Assembly (NCBI GenBank): GCA_034423215.1
Contig: DAOUIY010000043.1
Span: forward strand, 31,600-95,599
Direction of reading: 5' to 3'
DNA length: 64,000 nt
Source: Dehalococcoidia bacterium
GTDB lineage: Bacteria > Chloroflexota > Dehalococcoidia > Lucifugimonadales > UBA3495
Part shown: piece by piece, positions 17,705 through 26,904 of the stretch
Numbering within the stretch: the first letter of the stretch is position 1
How the letters are laid out: every line of letters starts with the position of its first letter
Translations under genes and position numbers: made by a program
The notes under the pieces: generated by a model
The model's database searches: none
What the model was told of the DNA's origin: nothing
What the model saw: the letters and a program-made list of their open reading frames with translations, nothing else

Positions 17705-18031
17705 CTACGCCGGAATCTCCAACGGCGTGGGGTAATGGCCGAAGATTGGGTTTGATGCGATGCTGAGTCCTCCCGGAGATGTACCACCGCCCGACATGCC
17801 CTTTGAAAAGTCGGGAGGGACCGGACCCTCAGTTCCCGGCCTGCCCTCGGACTCTCCCGGCCCCTGGCTCGCCCCCGAGGGCAGCCCCGTAAATGTACTC
17901 AGCGAAAGCTCCTGTTGACGGTAAAGGCCGACGTAGGAATAGGCGCCGCACTGCATACAAATCCAGTCTCCGTCATCCCTTGCCAGGTCGCCACCGCAGC
18001 GTACACAGGCCTTCAACCTGTAGTAATCCAT
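17705..18031 (-). CDS. zinc-ribbon protein with a G/P/S-rich tail
   Basis: ATG 18031 has AAGGGGG upstream. CVRCGG...17 aa...CMQCG is a C4 ribbon. The remainder is low-complexity. Confidence 0.5.
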   Translation of the reverse strand: MDYYRLKACVRCGGDLARDDGDWICMQCGAYSYVGLYRQQELSLSTFTGLPSGASQGPGESEGRPGTEGPVPPDFSKGMSGGGTSPGGLSIASNPIFGHYPTPLEIPA

Positions 18032-18055
18032 CCGTACCCCCTTGGAAGAAAGAAG

Positions 18056-18073
18056 ATAGAACAATTGTTCTAT
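18056..18073. promoter_or_regulatory. candidate LexA (Cheo/SOS) box
   Basis: ATAGAACAATTGTTCTAT is a perfect 18-bp palindrome containing GAAC-N4-GTTC. It lies 25-42 nt upstream of ATG 18031 and overlaps the -10 region of a minus-strand TTGACA (18092-18087). Confidence 0.45.
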
Positions 18074-18229
18074 ATTGGTAAATTCCTGTCAAGAGGTTCT
18101 TAACAAACTTTCGATGACACCGCAGGGCGGAGGCGGGTACAATCCCATAACTCATAACTACTTACCGGTTCATCGCGGCGCCCACAACCAAACGACCCCA
18201 TCCAAACCAGGCGCTGACAAGGTGTTGAC

Positions 18230-19471
18230 ATGGACAACCTGCCGGCAGAACCCAACGCGGAAGCTCCCACGTCCCTGGCTCGCCGGTTGGCGGAGGTGGC
18301 CTGGGCCTTTCTGCCCCTGGGCTGGATAGCCTTTGGCGGCCCACAGGCTCACATCGCCCTGCTCCAGGAACGGTTCGTGGCCCGCCGTCGCTGGCTGGAC
18401 GAGGAACGCTTTGTTGAGTTGCTGGGATTGGGCCAGGGACTGCCCGGACCCACTTCCACCCAGATGGTGGTGGCCGTGGGCGCGGCCCGGGCCGGCCCCC
18501 TGGGCGGCCTGGTGGCCCTGTTCCTGTTCCTCCTGCCGGCGGCAACTATCATGGCCCTGGCCGGCCTGGGCGTGACGCGCTTCCTTTCCGAGGGAGAACG
18601 GCCTGCCTGGCTCGACGGAGTGCAGCCGGCCACGGTCGCCCTGGTGGCCATCGCGGCCTGGCGGCTGGGCTTGGTGGTGGTAAACACCAGGCTGACCATG
18701 GGACTGATGCTGCTGGGGGCGGTGGTGGCTATTCTGGTGCGCCAGCCCTGGGCCTTTCCGGCGGTGCTGGCCGTGGGAGGCGTGGTAACCAGCGTTGCCC
18801 TCCGGCGGCAGGAGGCCGCGGCGGTCCGGTCCGGCGGCGCGCCCCTGCGAAACCTGGGCATCTCGCCCCTGGCCGGCGTCCTGCTGCTGGCCGTCTTCTT
18901 GGTCCTGCTGGTGGGCCTGATACCCGCCCGCTTAATCTTCCAGCATCAATCGCTGGAGCTTTTCGAGTCCTTCTACCGCACCGGGTCCCTGATTTTCGGC
19001 GGCGGCCAGGTGGTGCTGCCCATGCTGCTGACCGAGGTGGTGGAACCGGGTTGGGTAACCGAAGAGCAGTTTCTGGATGGTTTTGCCCTGATGCTGGCCC
19101 TGCCCGGGCCGCTATTCAGCTTCAGCGCCTACCTGGGGGCGGTGGCCGGGGGCGTGCCGGGCCTTCTGCTGGCCTTCGTCGGCCTTTTCCTGCCCGGTGT
19201 GCTGATAATCTACGCCGCGCTCCCTTTCTGGGAGCGGGTGAGGCAGTATCCCTGGGTGCGGATAGCGCTGGTGGGAGTCAACGCCACCGCCATCGGGCTG
19301 GTGGTGGGAGTGGTCTTCCTGCTGTGGGAAAGGGCAGACCCCAATGCCGCCGGCGCGGTTATCGCCCTGCTGGCCTTCGGGGCCGTGATGTTCTTCCGCG
19401 TGCCTGCGCCCCTGGTAATCGTGGGGGCCGGCGTCCTCGGCTGGCTGTTCAGCCTGGCCGGTCTTCTGTGA
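18230..19471 (+). CDS. chrA: chromate transporter (CHR family)
   Basis: FGGPQAHIALLQERFVARRRWLDEERFVELLGLGQGLPGPTSTQM, and a duplicated CHR domain (second half: IFGGGQVVLPML). Confidence 0.9.
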   Translation: MDNLPAEPNAEAPTSLARRLAEVAWAFLPLGWIAFGGPQAHIALLQERFVARRRWLDEERFVELLGLGQGLPGPTSTQMVVAVGAARAGPLGGLVALFLFLLPAATIMALAGLGVTRFLSEGERPAWLDGVQPATVALVAIAAWRLGLVVVNTRLTMGLMLLGAVVAILVRQPWAFPAVLAVGGVVTSVALRRQEAAAVRSGGAPLRNLGISPLAGVLLLAVFLVLLVGLIPARLIFQHQSLELFESFYRTGSLIFGGGQVVLPMLLTEVVEPGWVTEEQFLDGFALMLALPGPLFSFSAYLGAVAGGVPGLLLAFVGLFLPGVLIIYAALPFWERVRQYPWVRIALVGVNATAIGLVVGVVFLLWERADPNAAGAVIALLAFGAVMFFRVPAPLVIVGAGVLGWLFSLAGLL

Positions 19472-19621
19472 AACCGGTCCAAAGGCCGGCCATAACACTG
19501 ACCCACGAATAACCTCGAATACCCCGGTGTATCTTCCGGTTAAGCATTGCGGCGGACCGCAGCTATTCGTGAGTGTGAGCATTGGCGGCCATTGCTGGAC
19601 TTACAAACCTGCTGGCCGGAC

Positions 19622-20074
19622 CTACTGGCCGGAGAACTCCACGCCCACGCCGACAATCTCAATCTGCATGGAGCGGGTGTCGGGAGAGCCGCTGCCGAAG
19701 GATACGCCGACCGTCACGTTCAGTCCCTTTTGCACCTCGGGCGTGCCGGGGATCTCAAAGCGGGCGTCCAGGTTATCTCCCTGCATACCCAGGTCCATGT
19801 GCTCGGCGATTCGCTTCTCCCCGTCGTACACAATCACTTCGTGCACCGTGGCGTGGGGCCTGGTGCGAAAACTGACCAGGGCCGCCTCGGCCCGGGTGGC
19901 CTTGCCGTTGGCCACCGCCATGGTGGGGATGGGGAAGTGTACCCAGGTATTCTGCCCCCCGGCTCCTTCAATTCGGACGAAGGGACCCGTGTGCCTCACC
20001 GAAGTTATGCGTCCCAGGTACTCGACCTGCATACTGGCCCCGTGAACCCACTCTACATACTTGCCGTCTGCCAT
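19622..20074 (-). CDS. hypothetical protein
   Basis: ATG 20074 has GAGGAAGG upstream (the track ORF extends to 20215). It is a 150-aa beta-rich sequence. I recognise no family. Confidence 0.55.
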   Translation of the reverse strand: MADGKYVEWVHGASMQVEYLGRITSVRHTGPFVRIEGAGGQNTWVHFPIPTMAVANGKATRAEAALVSFRTRPHATVHEVIVYDGEKRIAEHMDLGMQGDNLDARFEIPGTPEVQKGLNVTVGVSFGSGSPDTRSMQIEIVGVGVEFSGQ

Positions 20075-20281
20075 CGTTTGCCCTTCCTCTATCGCTCTTG
20101 TATAGCTGCTTGCTGCCTGGATGGTACTGGCTGATACTGACGGGATTATAGCCCCTAACCCATGCCCGGTACAGGGCCCCGAACCGGGCACGTTGCGGGG
20201 CTCTATACGTGGCACGTTACAGGGCGTATTTCAGGGAAGGAATTCACGGCCCGTTGCCCGGCCTGTTAGTTGCCCGGCCTG

Positions 20282-21496
20282 TTAAATAAAACTGCCCCGT
20301 CGCCGGCCCCGCTGGTAAACCAGTCTCATCACGTAATACCCGACGGCGCCCATCACCGCCAGGACCAGAATTACCAGGAGCGGCGTCCAGAAGGTCATGC
20401 CGCCCGAACTGTCCACAAAGGTCACCCGTATGCTGGCATTGGGCCGGCGGGTGTCCCGGGCATTTTCTCCCGGTGGGTTGGAAATTTCCAGCAGTTCGCG
20501 GGCCGTCACCCTTCCCTGTCCTTCAATGAATAGCGTGGCCCGGTCAAAGTCCCCTTCCAGAACCCGGAAGGTCAACTCGGCCCGCTCCGTATCCCCGGAG
20601 GATGCCAGGTACACCTCATCTATTTCGCCGCCCCGGTCGGTCACATACTTGCGGAGATTCGCCACCCGTTCCATGACACTGGAAACCTCCAGGTCAAAGC
20701 TGGCGGAAGGCCCGGCCACGTCCAGGCTTCCGGTGGGGAACAGGGATACCTGAATTGTCGCCAGGTCCACCCGCTGCTCTAGTAGATTCAACCGGCTTTG
20801 GGCCAGCTCAATGTTGCTCCTCACCCGGGCCAGTTCCCGTTCAATGCTCAAAAGCTCCGATACCGAACTGCTGCGCTCCATGAGGGAGGCCAGGCTCTGC
20901 TCTTCTCTCTGGTACACCGCCAGCCGGGCCGTCAGGTCAATGTGCTGCTCGGTAATGTCCTCGCTGCCCAGGCTGCGAAACTGGACGCTGCCCAGGGCCT
21001 CAATGCGGTCCATGGCAGCAGCAAACCGGTCCTGGGGCACCTTGACGGTAATGTCCGACCGGGGCAGGCGCGAGCCGCCGGAACTGGCCAGCCTTTCCAC
21101 ATATCCGCCCAGGCTTTCCGCAATGGCCTGCACCTGCAGCGACGCGCCCTGCATCGAGTCCACTTCCACCGACAGGCTGGCCAGGGACGGAGGCTGCCCG
21201 CCCGGGAGAGCCTGCAAGCCGGCGGCGGAAAAACTCGACCCAGAATAGAAGTAGGGACCGCCGCCCGCCGGCAAAGACACGGGAGGCGGGAACCGGCCGG
21301 AAGCAGGGCCCCGGGATGCCTGCGTCGCAGCCTGTTCCCTGGTAGCGGCCTGTTCTCTCAGGCCGGCGGCCGGCTCCAGGCCTTCATTGGCCGCCTTTAA
21401 CGTCAACATGCTGCCGCTGTCCACCGAAGAGGCCCCGCAGCCGGCAAAAAGGGCCAGAAAGGCCGCCAGAAGCGCAAAGCCAACCCATTTATTCAT
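20282..21496 (-). CDS. DUF4349-like lipoprotein
   Basis: Lipobox LFAGC, a central coiled-coil region, and a C-terminal TM helix (LLVILVLAVMGAVGYYVM). This architecture is typical of DUF4349. Confidence 0.7.
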   Translation of the reverse strand: MNKWVGFALLAAFLALFAGCGASSVDSGSMLTLKAANEGLEPAAGLREQAATREQAATQASRGPASGRFPPPVSLPAGGGPYFYSGSSFSAAGLQALPGGQPPSLASLSVEVDSMQGASLQVQAIAESLGGYVERLASSGGSRLPRSDITVKVPQDRFAAAMDRIEALGSVQFRSLGSEDITEQHIDLTARLAVYQREEQSLASLMERSSSVSELLSIERELARVRSNIELAQSRLNLLEQRVDLATIQVSLFPTGSLDVAGPSASFDLEVSSVMERVANLRKYVTDRGGEIDEVYLASSGDTERAELTFRVLEGDFDRATLFIEGQGRVTARELLEISNPPGENARDTRRPNASIRVTFVDSSGGMTFWTPLLVILVLAVMGAVGYYVMRLVYQRGRRRGSFI

Positions 21497-21710
21497 CTGG
21501 TGCCCTCTTTTGAGTTAAAATGGTTACTGGAAACCGATTTTACTATAAAACCGGGTAAACCCGGTATGACGTAATTGCCGAAAACGGGGCAATGGCGTTC
21601 CAGTAGAGTACCAATACCCAAAGTACCAATACCCAAAGTACCGGCGCCGGCCCGGTGGCGTCCCTGTAAAGTTTTGGCGGGCCATCAACAAAGGAATCGT
21701 GGATAAGCTG

Positions 21711-22075
21711 GAGTCCGCTCACGGTGAGCCTTGGAGCCCGACCACGGTGAGCCCCGGAGCCCGTTCATGGTTCGACAAGCTCACCATGAGCGGGCGGCCC
21801 TTCGACAGGCTCAGGGTGAGCGGTAATATTTCCATCAGTTCAAGATGGCGACCAATGCCGTAAATCGTCATTCCTGCCTTCGCAGGAATCTGAACTCCAG
21901 CCTGTCGAGGTTCCCGCCTGCGCGGGAACGACGGGTTGGGGCGGTCGGAGACTTCCGCGCGGGAACGACGGGTTGGGCCGGTCGGAGACTTCCACGCGGG
22001 AACGACGGGTTGGGCCGGTCGGTGACTTCCACGCGGGAACGACGGGTTGGGCCGGCCCAATCATCAGTTCAAAAG
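21711..22075. repeat. composite REP cluster including a 37-bp tandem array
   Basis: Contains GCTCACCATGAGCGG / CAGGGTGAGCGG-type units and GTCATTCCTGCCTTCGCAGGAAT...GTTCCCGCCTGCGCGGGAACGAC. About 3.7 copies of CGCGGGAACGACGGGTTGGGCCGGTCGGAGACTTCCA follow at 21919-22060. Confidence 0.9.
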
Positions 22076-22231
22076 GGTTGAACCATTATTGCCCTTCCCG
22101 TCGCGTTCGGGAAAAATCAAACGGTGTTCCGGCAGCATTCGTGGATTTGGGCCGATTGGCAGTACCCCGGCGGGCTGTGACTTGGCGGGCTGTGACCCGG
22201 CGCCGGATTCCCTAAACAGGAGGTCTCGCAC

Positions 22232-23905
22232 ATGACAAGAATGTCGTCCAATCTCGGTTACGGGGCCCTGGCGGGAGCGTTGATTTCCGCCCCCCTGGTC
22301 GGCCTGATGTTTTTGGTGGACAAGCTGCTGGACCTGCCCTTTGTCCCCTTTGCCCTCTTCGACTGGATCGCCACGGTTACCCCGGGCCCGCTGATTACCT
22401 TCGGCATTGACATGATGATAGAAGCCCTGCTCCTGTTCAACCTCAGCGTCGCCGCCGCCGCCAAGACCAGCGAGCAGATAGCGGCGGTGATAATGGTATT
22501 CGGCATCGGCGTGGTGGCCAGCGCCATCTTCTTCGCCGTCATGCGCTCCCGTCCGCCGGCGCCCACCGGGGTGAGCAGCCCGTTGGCCGACATATTCTCC
22601 CGCCCGGCGCCCGGACTGATTGCCGGCCTGGTGGTGGGCCTGCCCCTGACCCTGGTCAGCCTGCCCATGGGCCAGTCCACCATGAACCCGGTCGTCACCT
22701 TCGTCATTCTCATGGTCCTGTTCCTGGCCTGGGGAATCTGCCTCGGTTATATGCAGCGCCGCCTGCGGGGAGCGCCCCCGGAGCAGATTATTGTTGAAGG
22801 GGAAGCCCGGTCTGCCACGGTGCTGAACCGGCGCCAGTTCCTGGTACGCCTGGGCGCCACCACCGCCACCATTACCGTGGCCAGCGCCGGCCTGGGCGCC
22901 GTGCTGGCCCAGGGCGAGCAGACCCGCATCAACGAATCGGTGGCCGGCTCCATGCCCCCGGAGGAAATGCCGCCACGCCGTCCTCTGCCCAACGACGGCG
23001 ACCCCCTGGTTCCCGCCCCGGGCACTCGGCCCGAATACACGCCCGTGGAGGACCACTACCAGGTATTCCTGCGCACCGAACCCACCTTCATTGACATATC
23101 CAACTGGGTGCTGCCCATTCACGGCCTGGTGGCCAACCCCAGGGAGCTGACCATTGACCAGATTCGCAACGACTACCCCACCCGCGAGCAGTACGTGACC
23201 CTGTCCTGCATTTCCGGGCGCATCGGCACCACCCTGATCAGCACCACCCACTGGACCGGGGCGGCGATGCAGTCGGTGCTGGCCGACGTGCAGCCCCTGC
23301 CCGAGGCCAGGTACCTGGTCATCAAGTCCGCCGACGGCTTTTACGAAACGGTGGCCCTGGACCTCATCGCATCCGACGACCGGATAATGCTGTGCTACGC
23401 CTGGGACAGTGAACCCCTGCCCTTCGACCACGGCTTCCCCCTGCGCATCTGGCTGCCCGACCGCTACGGCATGAAGCAGCCCAAGTGGATTGTGGATATT
23501 GAGGTTACCGATGAATACCGGGAGGGTTACTGGGTGGAACGCGGCTGGGACGAAGTGGCCCGGGTAAGGTCCACCTCGGTAATTGACACAGTGGCGGTGC
23601 GGGACGTGGTGGAAAGCGCCGGGCAGCGGTTGGTGCCCGTGGGCGGCATCGCCTTCGCCGGGGCACGCGGCATATCCGGGGTCCAGGTAAGGGTGGACGG
23701 CGGTCCCTGGCAGGACGCCCAGCTGCGCACACCCTTGTCGGAGACCACCTGGGTTATCTGGCGGTTCGACTGGCCCTTTGCCGCCGGCGACCATACTTTC
23801 GAGGTACGCTGCGCCGAGGCCGACGGCGCCCCGCAAATTGAGGAGGAGATGGGCAATCGCCCCAGCGGCGCCACCGGCATCCACAGCCGCAAGGCCAACC
23901 TTTAG
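22232..23905 (+). CDS. molybdopterin-dependent oxidoreductase (sulfite-oxidase/YedY fold) with an N-terminal membrane domain
   Basis: AGGAGG RBS. The N-terminal ~190 aa are hydrophobic. YVTLSCISGRIGTT..., FPLRIWLPDRYGMKQPKWIVDIEV and a C-terminal Ig-like domain are present. Confidence 0.85.
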   Translation: MTRMSSNLGYGALAGALISAPLVGLMFLVDKLLDLPFVPFALFDWIATVTPGPLITFGIDMMIEALLLFNLSVAAAAKTSEQIAAVIMVFGIGVVASAIFFAVMRSRPPAPTGVSSPLADIFSRPAPGLIAGLVVGLPLTLVSLPMGQSTMNPVVTFVILMVLFLAWGICLGYMQRRLRGAPPEQIIVEGEARSATVLNRRQFLVRLGATTATITVASAGLGAVLAQGEQTRINESVAGSMPPEEMPPRRPLPNDGDPLVPAPGTRPEYTPVEDHYQVFLRTEPTFIDISNWVLPIHGLVANPRELTIDQIRNDYPTREQYVTLSCISGRIGTTLISTTHWTGAAMQSVLADVQPLPEARYLVIKSADGFYETVALDLIASDDRIMLCYAWDSEPLPFDHGFPLRIWLPDRYGMKQPKWIVDIEVTDEYREGYWVERGWDEVARVRSTSVIDTVAVRDVVESAGQRLVPVGGIAFAGARGISGVQVRVDGGPWQDAQLRTPLSETTWVIWRFDWPFAAGDHTFEVRCAEADGAPQIEEEMGNRPSGATGIHSRKANL

Positions 23906-23920
23906 GGCGTATCGTTAGGG

Positions 23921-24047
23921 TGTGTCGTCAAATTGAAAGTGAGAGCTTCCGAGCTTCTCTTTTCGTCGTTCCCGCGAAGGCAGGAATCTCGACGGGCAGC
24001 AGTTCAGTTTCCTGCCTTCGCAGGAATGACGGCGCTTTTGACGACAC
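23921..24047. mobile_element. 127-bp MITE-like element with terminal inverted repeats
   Basis: GTGTCGTCAAA...TTTGACGACAC termini. The internal hairpins are CGTTCCCGCGAAGGCAGGAAT / TTCCTGCCTTCGCAGGAATGACG. A near-identical copy in the opposite orientation lies at 44258-44383. Confidence 0.7.
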
Positions 24048-24080
24048 TACCCAACCGGAATCTAGCTGGCAGGAGGGCAG

Positions 24081-24284
24081 ATGGGTATTTCCAAGGAGAC
24101 CATGAAGGCCATCATCCGGGAGTACGGGGGCTTTGAGCTGTCCGATTCGGAACTGGACCTGGTGCAGCCGGAAGTGGACAGCTACCTGGAAGCCATGGCC
24201 GGCGCCGACGGCCTGGACCTTGCCGATGTAGTGTCCGGCCGCCTGCTCCGGGCCGCCGAGGGAGGAGACGAAGATGCCGAATGA
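24081..24284 (+). CDS. GatC/AtzG-like small protein
   Basis: 67 aa. ISKETMKAIIREYGGFELSDSELDLVQPEVDSYLEAM follows the GatC pattern. It overlaps the amidase start by 11 nt. Confidence 0.5.
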   Translation: MGISKETMKAIIREYGGFELSDSELDLVQPEVDSYLEAMAGADGLDLADVVSGRLLRAAEGGDEDAE

Positions 24285-25695
24285 TGCGCTGCTGGACCTG
24301 ACCATTTCCGAGCTTGCCCCCCGCATTGCGTCGGGCGAGGTATCCCCGGTGGAGGTCACCGAGGCTGCCCTGGCCCGGGCCGACCGTCTCCAGCCCCGGC
24401 TCAACTCCTTCATCACCCTGCTCCACGAGCAGGCCCTGGAACGCGCCCGCCAACTGGAGGCGGAACTGGCCGGCGGCCAGTACCGCGGGCCCCTGCACGG
24501 CATCCCCATCGGCATCAAGGACAACATCGCCACGGCCGGCATCCGCTCCACCGTGGGATCCCTGGTGCTGGCCGATAACGTCCCCGACGAGGACGCCCGG
24601 GTCGTAACCCTGTGCGAAGAGGCCGGGGCCATCATGCTGGGCAAGGAAAACCTGGAGGAGTTCGCCGCCGGGGCCACGTCCAACAACCCCCACTACGGCG
24701 CCGTCCACAACCCCTGGAACCTGGACCACATCCCCGGCGGCTCCAGCGGCGGCGGCGGGGCCAACGTGGCCGCCGGCGTCACCTTCGCATCCCTGGGCAC
24801 CGACCTGGGCGGTTCGGTGCGGCTGCCGGGCGCCTTTTGCGGCGTCGTGGGCCTCAAGCAGACCTTTGGCCGGGTAAGCCAGCGCGGCCTGATGGTAACC
24901 AGTTTCAACGGGGACCACATCGGCCCCATGACCCGCTCCGTGGCCGACAGCGCCCTGGTGCTCCAGGCCCTGGCCGGCTACGACCCCCTGGACCCCAGCA
25001 CCGTGCCCGTGCCCGTGCCCGACTACCTGGAGGGATTGGGCGGCGACCTTTCGGGCCTCACCGCAGGCATACCGGCCAATTACTACTTCGACGACGTGGA
25101 TGCCGAGGTGGAAGCGTCGGTGCGCGCCGCCATCGCCGCCCTGCAGGAACTGGGCGTTTCGGTGGTGGAGGTGGGCCTGCCCACCATGGAGTACGTGGGC
25201 GCGCTGCGGGCCGCCAGCCTCTCCGACGGGGTGGTAACCCACGAGCCCTACCTGGCCAGCGACCGGGACAAGTACGGCCCCAACGTCATCTACCGCACCC
25301 TGGCCGGCCAGTTCGTCCTGGGCCGCGACTACTCCAAGGCCCTGAAGGTGCAGCGTCTCATCAAGGAGGAGTACGCCCGGGTCCTGCAGCAGGTGGACTT
25401 CCTGGTAACGCCCACCACGCCGGTGCCCGCGCCGCGCATTGACTCGGTGGACATTGAAGTGGGCGGCGAGACCCACCGGGTACGGGGCCCCGGGTCCGGG
25501 TTCATTTCCCGCAACACCAGCCCCATGAACGGCAACGGCCTGCCGGCCATCACCGTGCCCTGCGGGTTCAGCGGCGGCGGGCTGCCCATCGGAGTCCAGT
25601 TCATCGGCCGCCCCTTCGAGGAAGGACTGCTCTTCCAGGTTGCGGCGGGGTACGAGCAGGTCTCCCCCAGCAAAGGCATACGGCCCCAGCCCTGA
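24274..25695 (+). CDS. amidase-signature (AS) family amidase
   Basis: GIPIGIKDN, GKENLEEFAAG and PGGSSGGGGANVAAG...GTDLGGSVRLPGAFCGVVGLKQTFGRVS. Confidence 0.9.
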   Translation: MPNDALLDLTISELAPRIASGEVSPVEVTEAALARADRLQPRLNSFITLLHEQALERARQLEAELAGGQYRGPLHGIPIGIKDNIATAGIRSTVGSLVLADNVPDEDARVVTLCEEAGAIMLGKENLEEFAAGATSNNPHYGAVHNPWNLDHIPGGSSGGGGANVAAGVTFASLGTDLGGSVRLPGAFCGVVGLKQTFGRVSQRGLMVTSFNGDHIGPMTRSVADSALVLQALAGYDPLDPSTVPVPVPDYLEGLGGDLSGLTAGIPANYYFDDVDAEVEASVRAAIAALQELGVSVVEVGLPTMEYVGALRAASLSDGVVTHEPYLASDRDKYGPNVIYRTLAGQFVLGRDYSKALKVQRLIKEEYARVLQQVDFLVTPTTPVPAPRIDSVDIEVGGETHRVRGPGSGFISRNTSPMNGNGLPAITVPCGFSGGGLPIGVQFIGRPFEEGLLFQVAAGYEQVSPSKGIRPQP

Positions 25696-25702
25696 AGGCC
25701 AT

Positions 25703-25880
25703 GCCACCGCCCCTTCCCCCTCAAAGGCGGCAGGCCCGGATGGGGGTGGCGGATGGTGATCGGAAGGTACCGCTCACCCTGAGCCTGTCGAAGGGCCGCC
25801 CGCTCGTGGTTCGACAAGCTCACCATGAGCGGACTCCGGGGATTACCATGAGCGGACTCGGGGGATTGCCGTGAGCGGAC
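25703..25880. repeat. REP cluster
   Basis: CCCCTTCCCCCTCAAAGGCGG...GATGGGGGTGG unit plus three CTCACC(C/A)TGAGC-type units. Confidence 0.8.
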
Positions 25881-26030
25881 TTCAGAATGCTCCAGGGCAG
25901 TAAGGGCCGCCGTATTGACGGCGCCGCCTTTGCGACGTAACCTATGCGCACACGGGCAGAGCGCCCAAACGGACCCTATTGGACCCATCCGGACCCAACC
26001 AGGAAAATTCCAACCAAGAAGGAGAATGGC

Positions 26031-26903
26031 ATGACCATAAGCAAGCAGACCACCTACGAGGTTGAAATCCAGGACGTGGAATATCTCCGCCACGGAGACA
26101 AGCCCTTCCTGGCAAAGCTCTTCAAGCCCCAGGGCGACGGCCCCTTCCCGGTAATGATCGAGTTGCACGGCGGCGCGTGGGTGAACGGCACCCGGGAAAA
26201 CGGCAACGTCGGCAACGAAGCCATCGCCAGGAACGGCATTATCGTGGCGGCCCTGGACTTTCGCGTTCCGCCGGAAGCCTCCTACCCTGCCTCCCTGGCC
26301 GACATCCACTACGGCATTCGCTGGGCCAAGGCTCACGCCGCCGAGTGGAACGGCAACGGGGCCAAAATTGGCGCCATGGGCACCTCCAGCGGCGCCCACC
26401 AGGCCATGCTCCTGGGCATGCGCCCCAGCGACGCCCGTTACTCGGCCCTGTCCCTCACCAACGGCGCCTCCGACGTGGACGGCTCCCTGGGCTGCGTGAT
26501 TATGGTTTCGCCCGTCATTGACCCCCTGGGCCGCTACCACTACGCCCAGGGCATTCGGGAAGACGTGAAGCCGCCCGAATCCGTGGGAGAGCGTACCGTC
26601 AGGATGCACGATATGTACTGGGTGACGGAAGAGGCCATGGCGGAAGCCGCGCCGGCCCGCATCCTGGACCGGGGCGAGAAGACGGACCTTCCGCCCACCC
26701 TGTGCCTGGCCCGGGAATACGAGGCGGCCCACCCGCGCCCGGACCTGGACGAGTTTATCAGCCAGTATCGCAAGGCCGGCGGTCAAATTGACGTAACCAT
26801 CTTTGAGGGCGAGGGCGAAGGCGTGCTGCGGGACATGTCCACCGACGTGGCCCAGCGGGCCCTGGAGCAGATGACTTCCTTCATCAACCGGACCCTCGGC
26901 TAG
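26031..26903 (+). CDS. alpha/beta hydrolase (esterase/lipase type)
   Basis: ATG 26031 is preceded by AAGGAGAA (the track ORF starts at 25944). HGGAW oxyanion motif and GTSSGAH nucleophile elbow. Confidence 0.8.
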   Translation: MTISKQTTYEVEIQDVEYLRHGDKPFLAKLFKPQGDGPFPVMIELHGGAWVNGTRENGNVGNEAIARNGIIVAALDFRVPPEASYPASLADIHYGIRWAKAHAAEWNGNGAKIGAMGTSSGAHQAMLLGMRPSDARYSALSLTNGASDVDGSLGCVIMVSPVIDPLGRYHYAQGIREDVKPPESVGERTVRMHDMYWVTEEAMAEAAPARILDRGEKTDLPPTLCLAREYEAAHPRPDLDEFISQYRKAGGQIDVTIFEGEGEGVLRDMSTDVAQRALEQMTSFINRTLG

Positions 26904-26904
26904 T

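Noticed and set aside
21719-22215. ORFs made of translated repeats. Examples: 21719-22060, 21840-22064, 23933-24136, 32304-32531, 48762-49037, 50017-50259, 58812-59262, and the N-terminal part of 50339-50962.
   Set aside because: Their sequences are the REP/MITE modules themselves (SFPRRREPR, VIPAKAGI, RNPSFWRRPESRKVG). These recur at many intergenic sites in both orientations.
24081-25695. Annotating the pair as gatC-gatA of the Asp/Glu-tRNA amidotransferase.
   Set aside because: No gatB follows. The small ORF is shorter than typical GatC. The amidase deviates from typical GatA motifs. The generic amidase plus AtzG/GatC-like call is safer.
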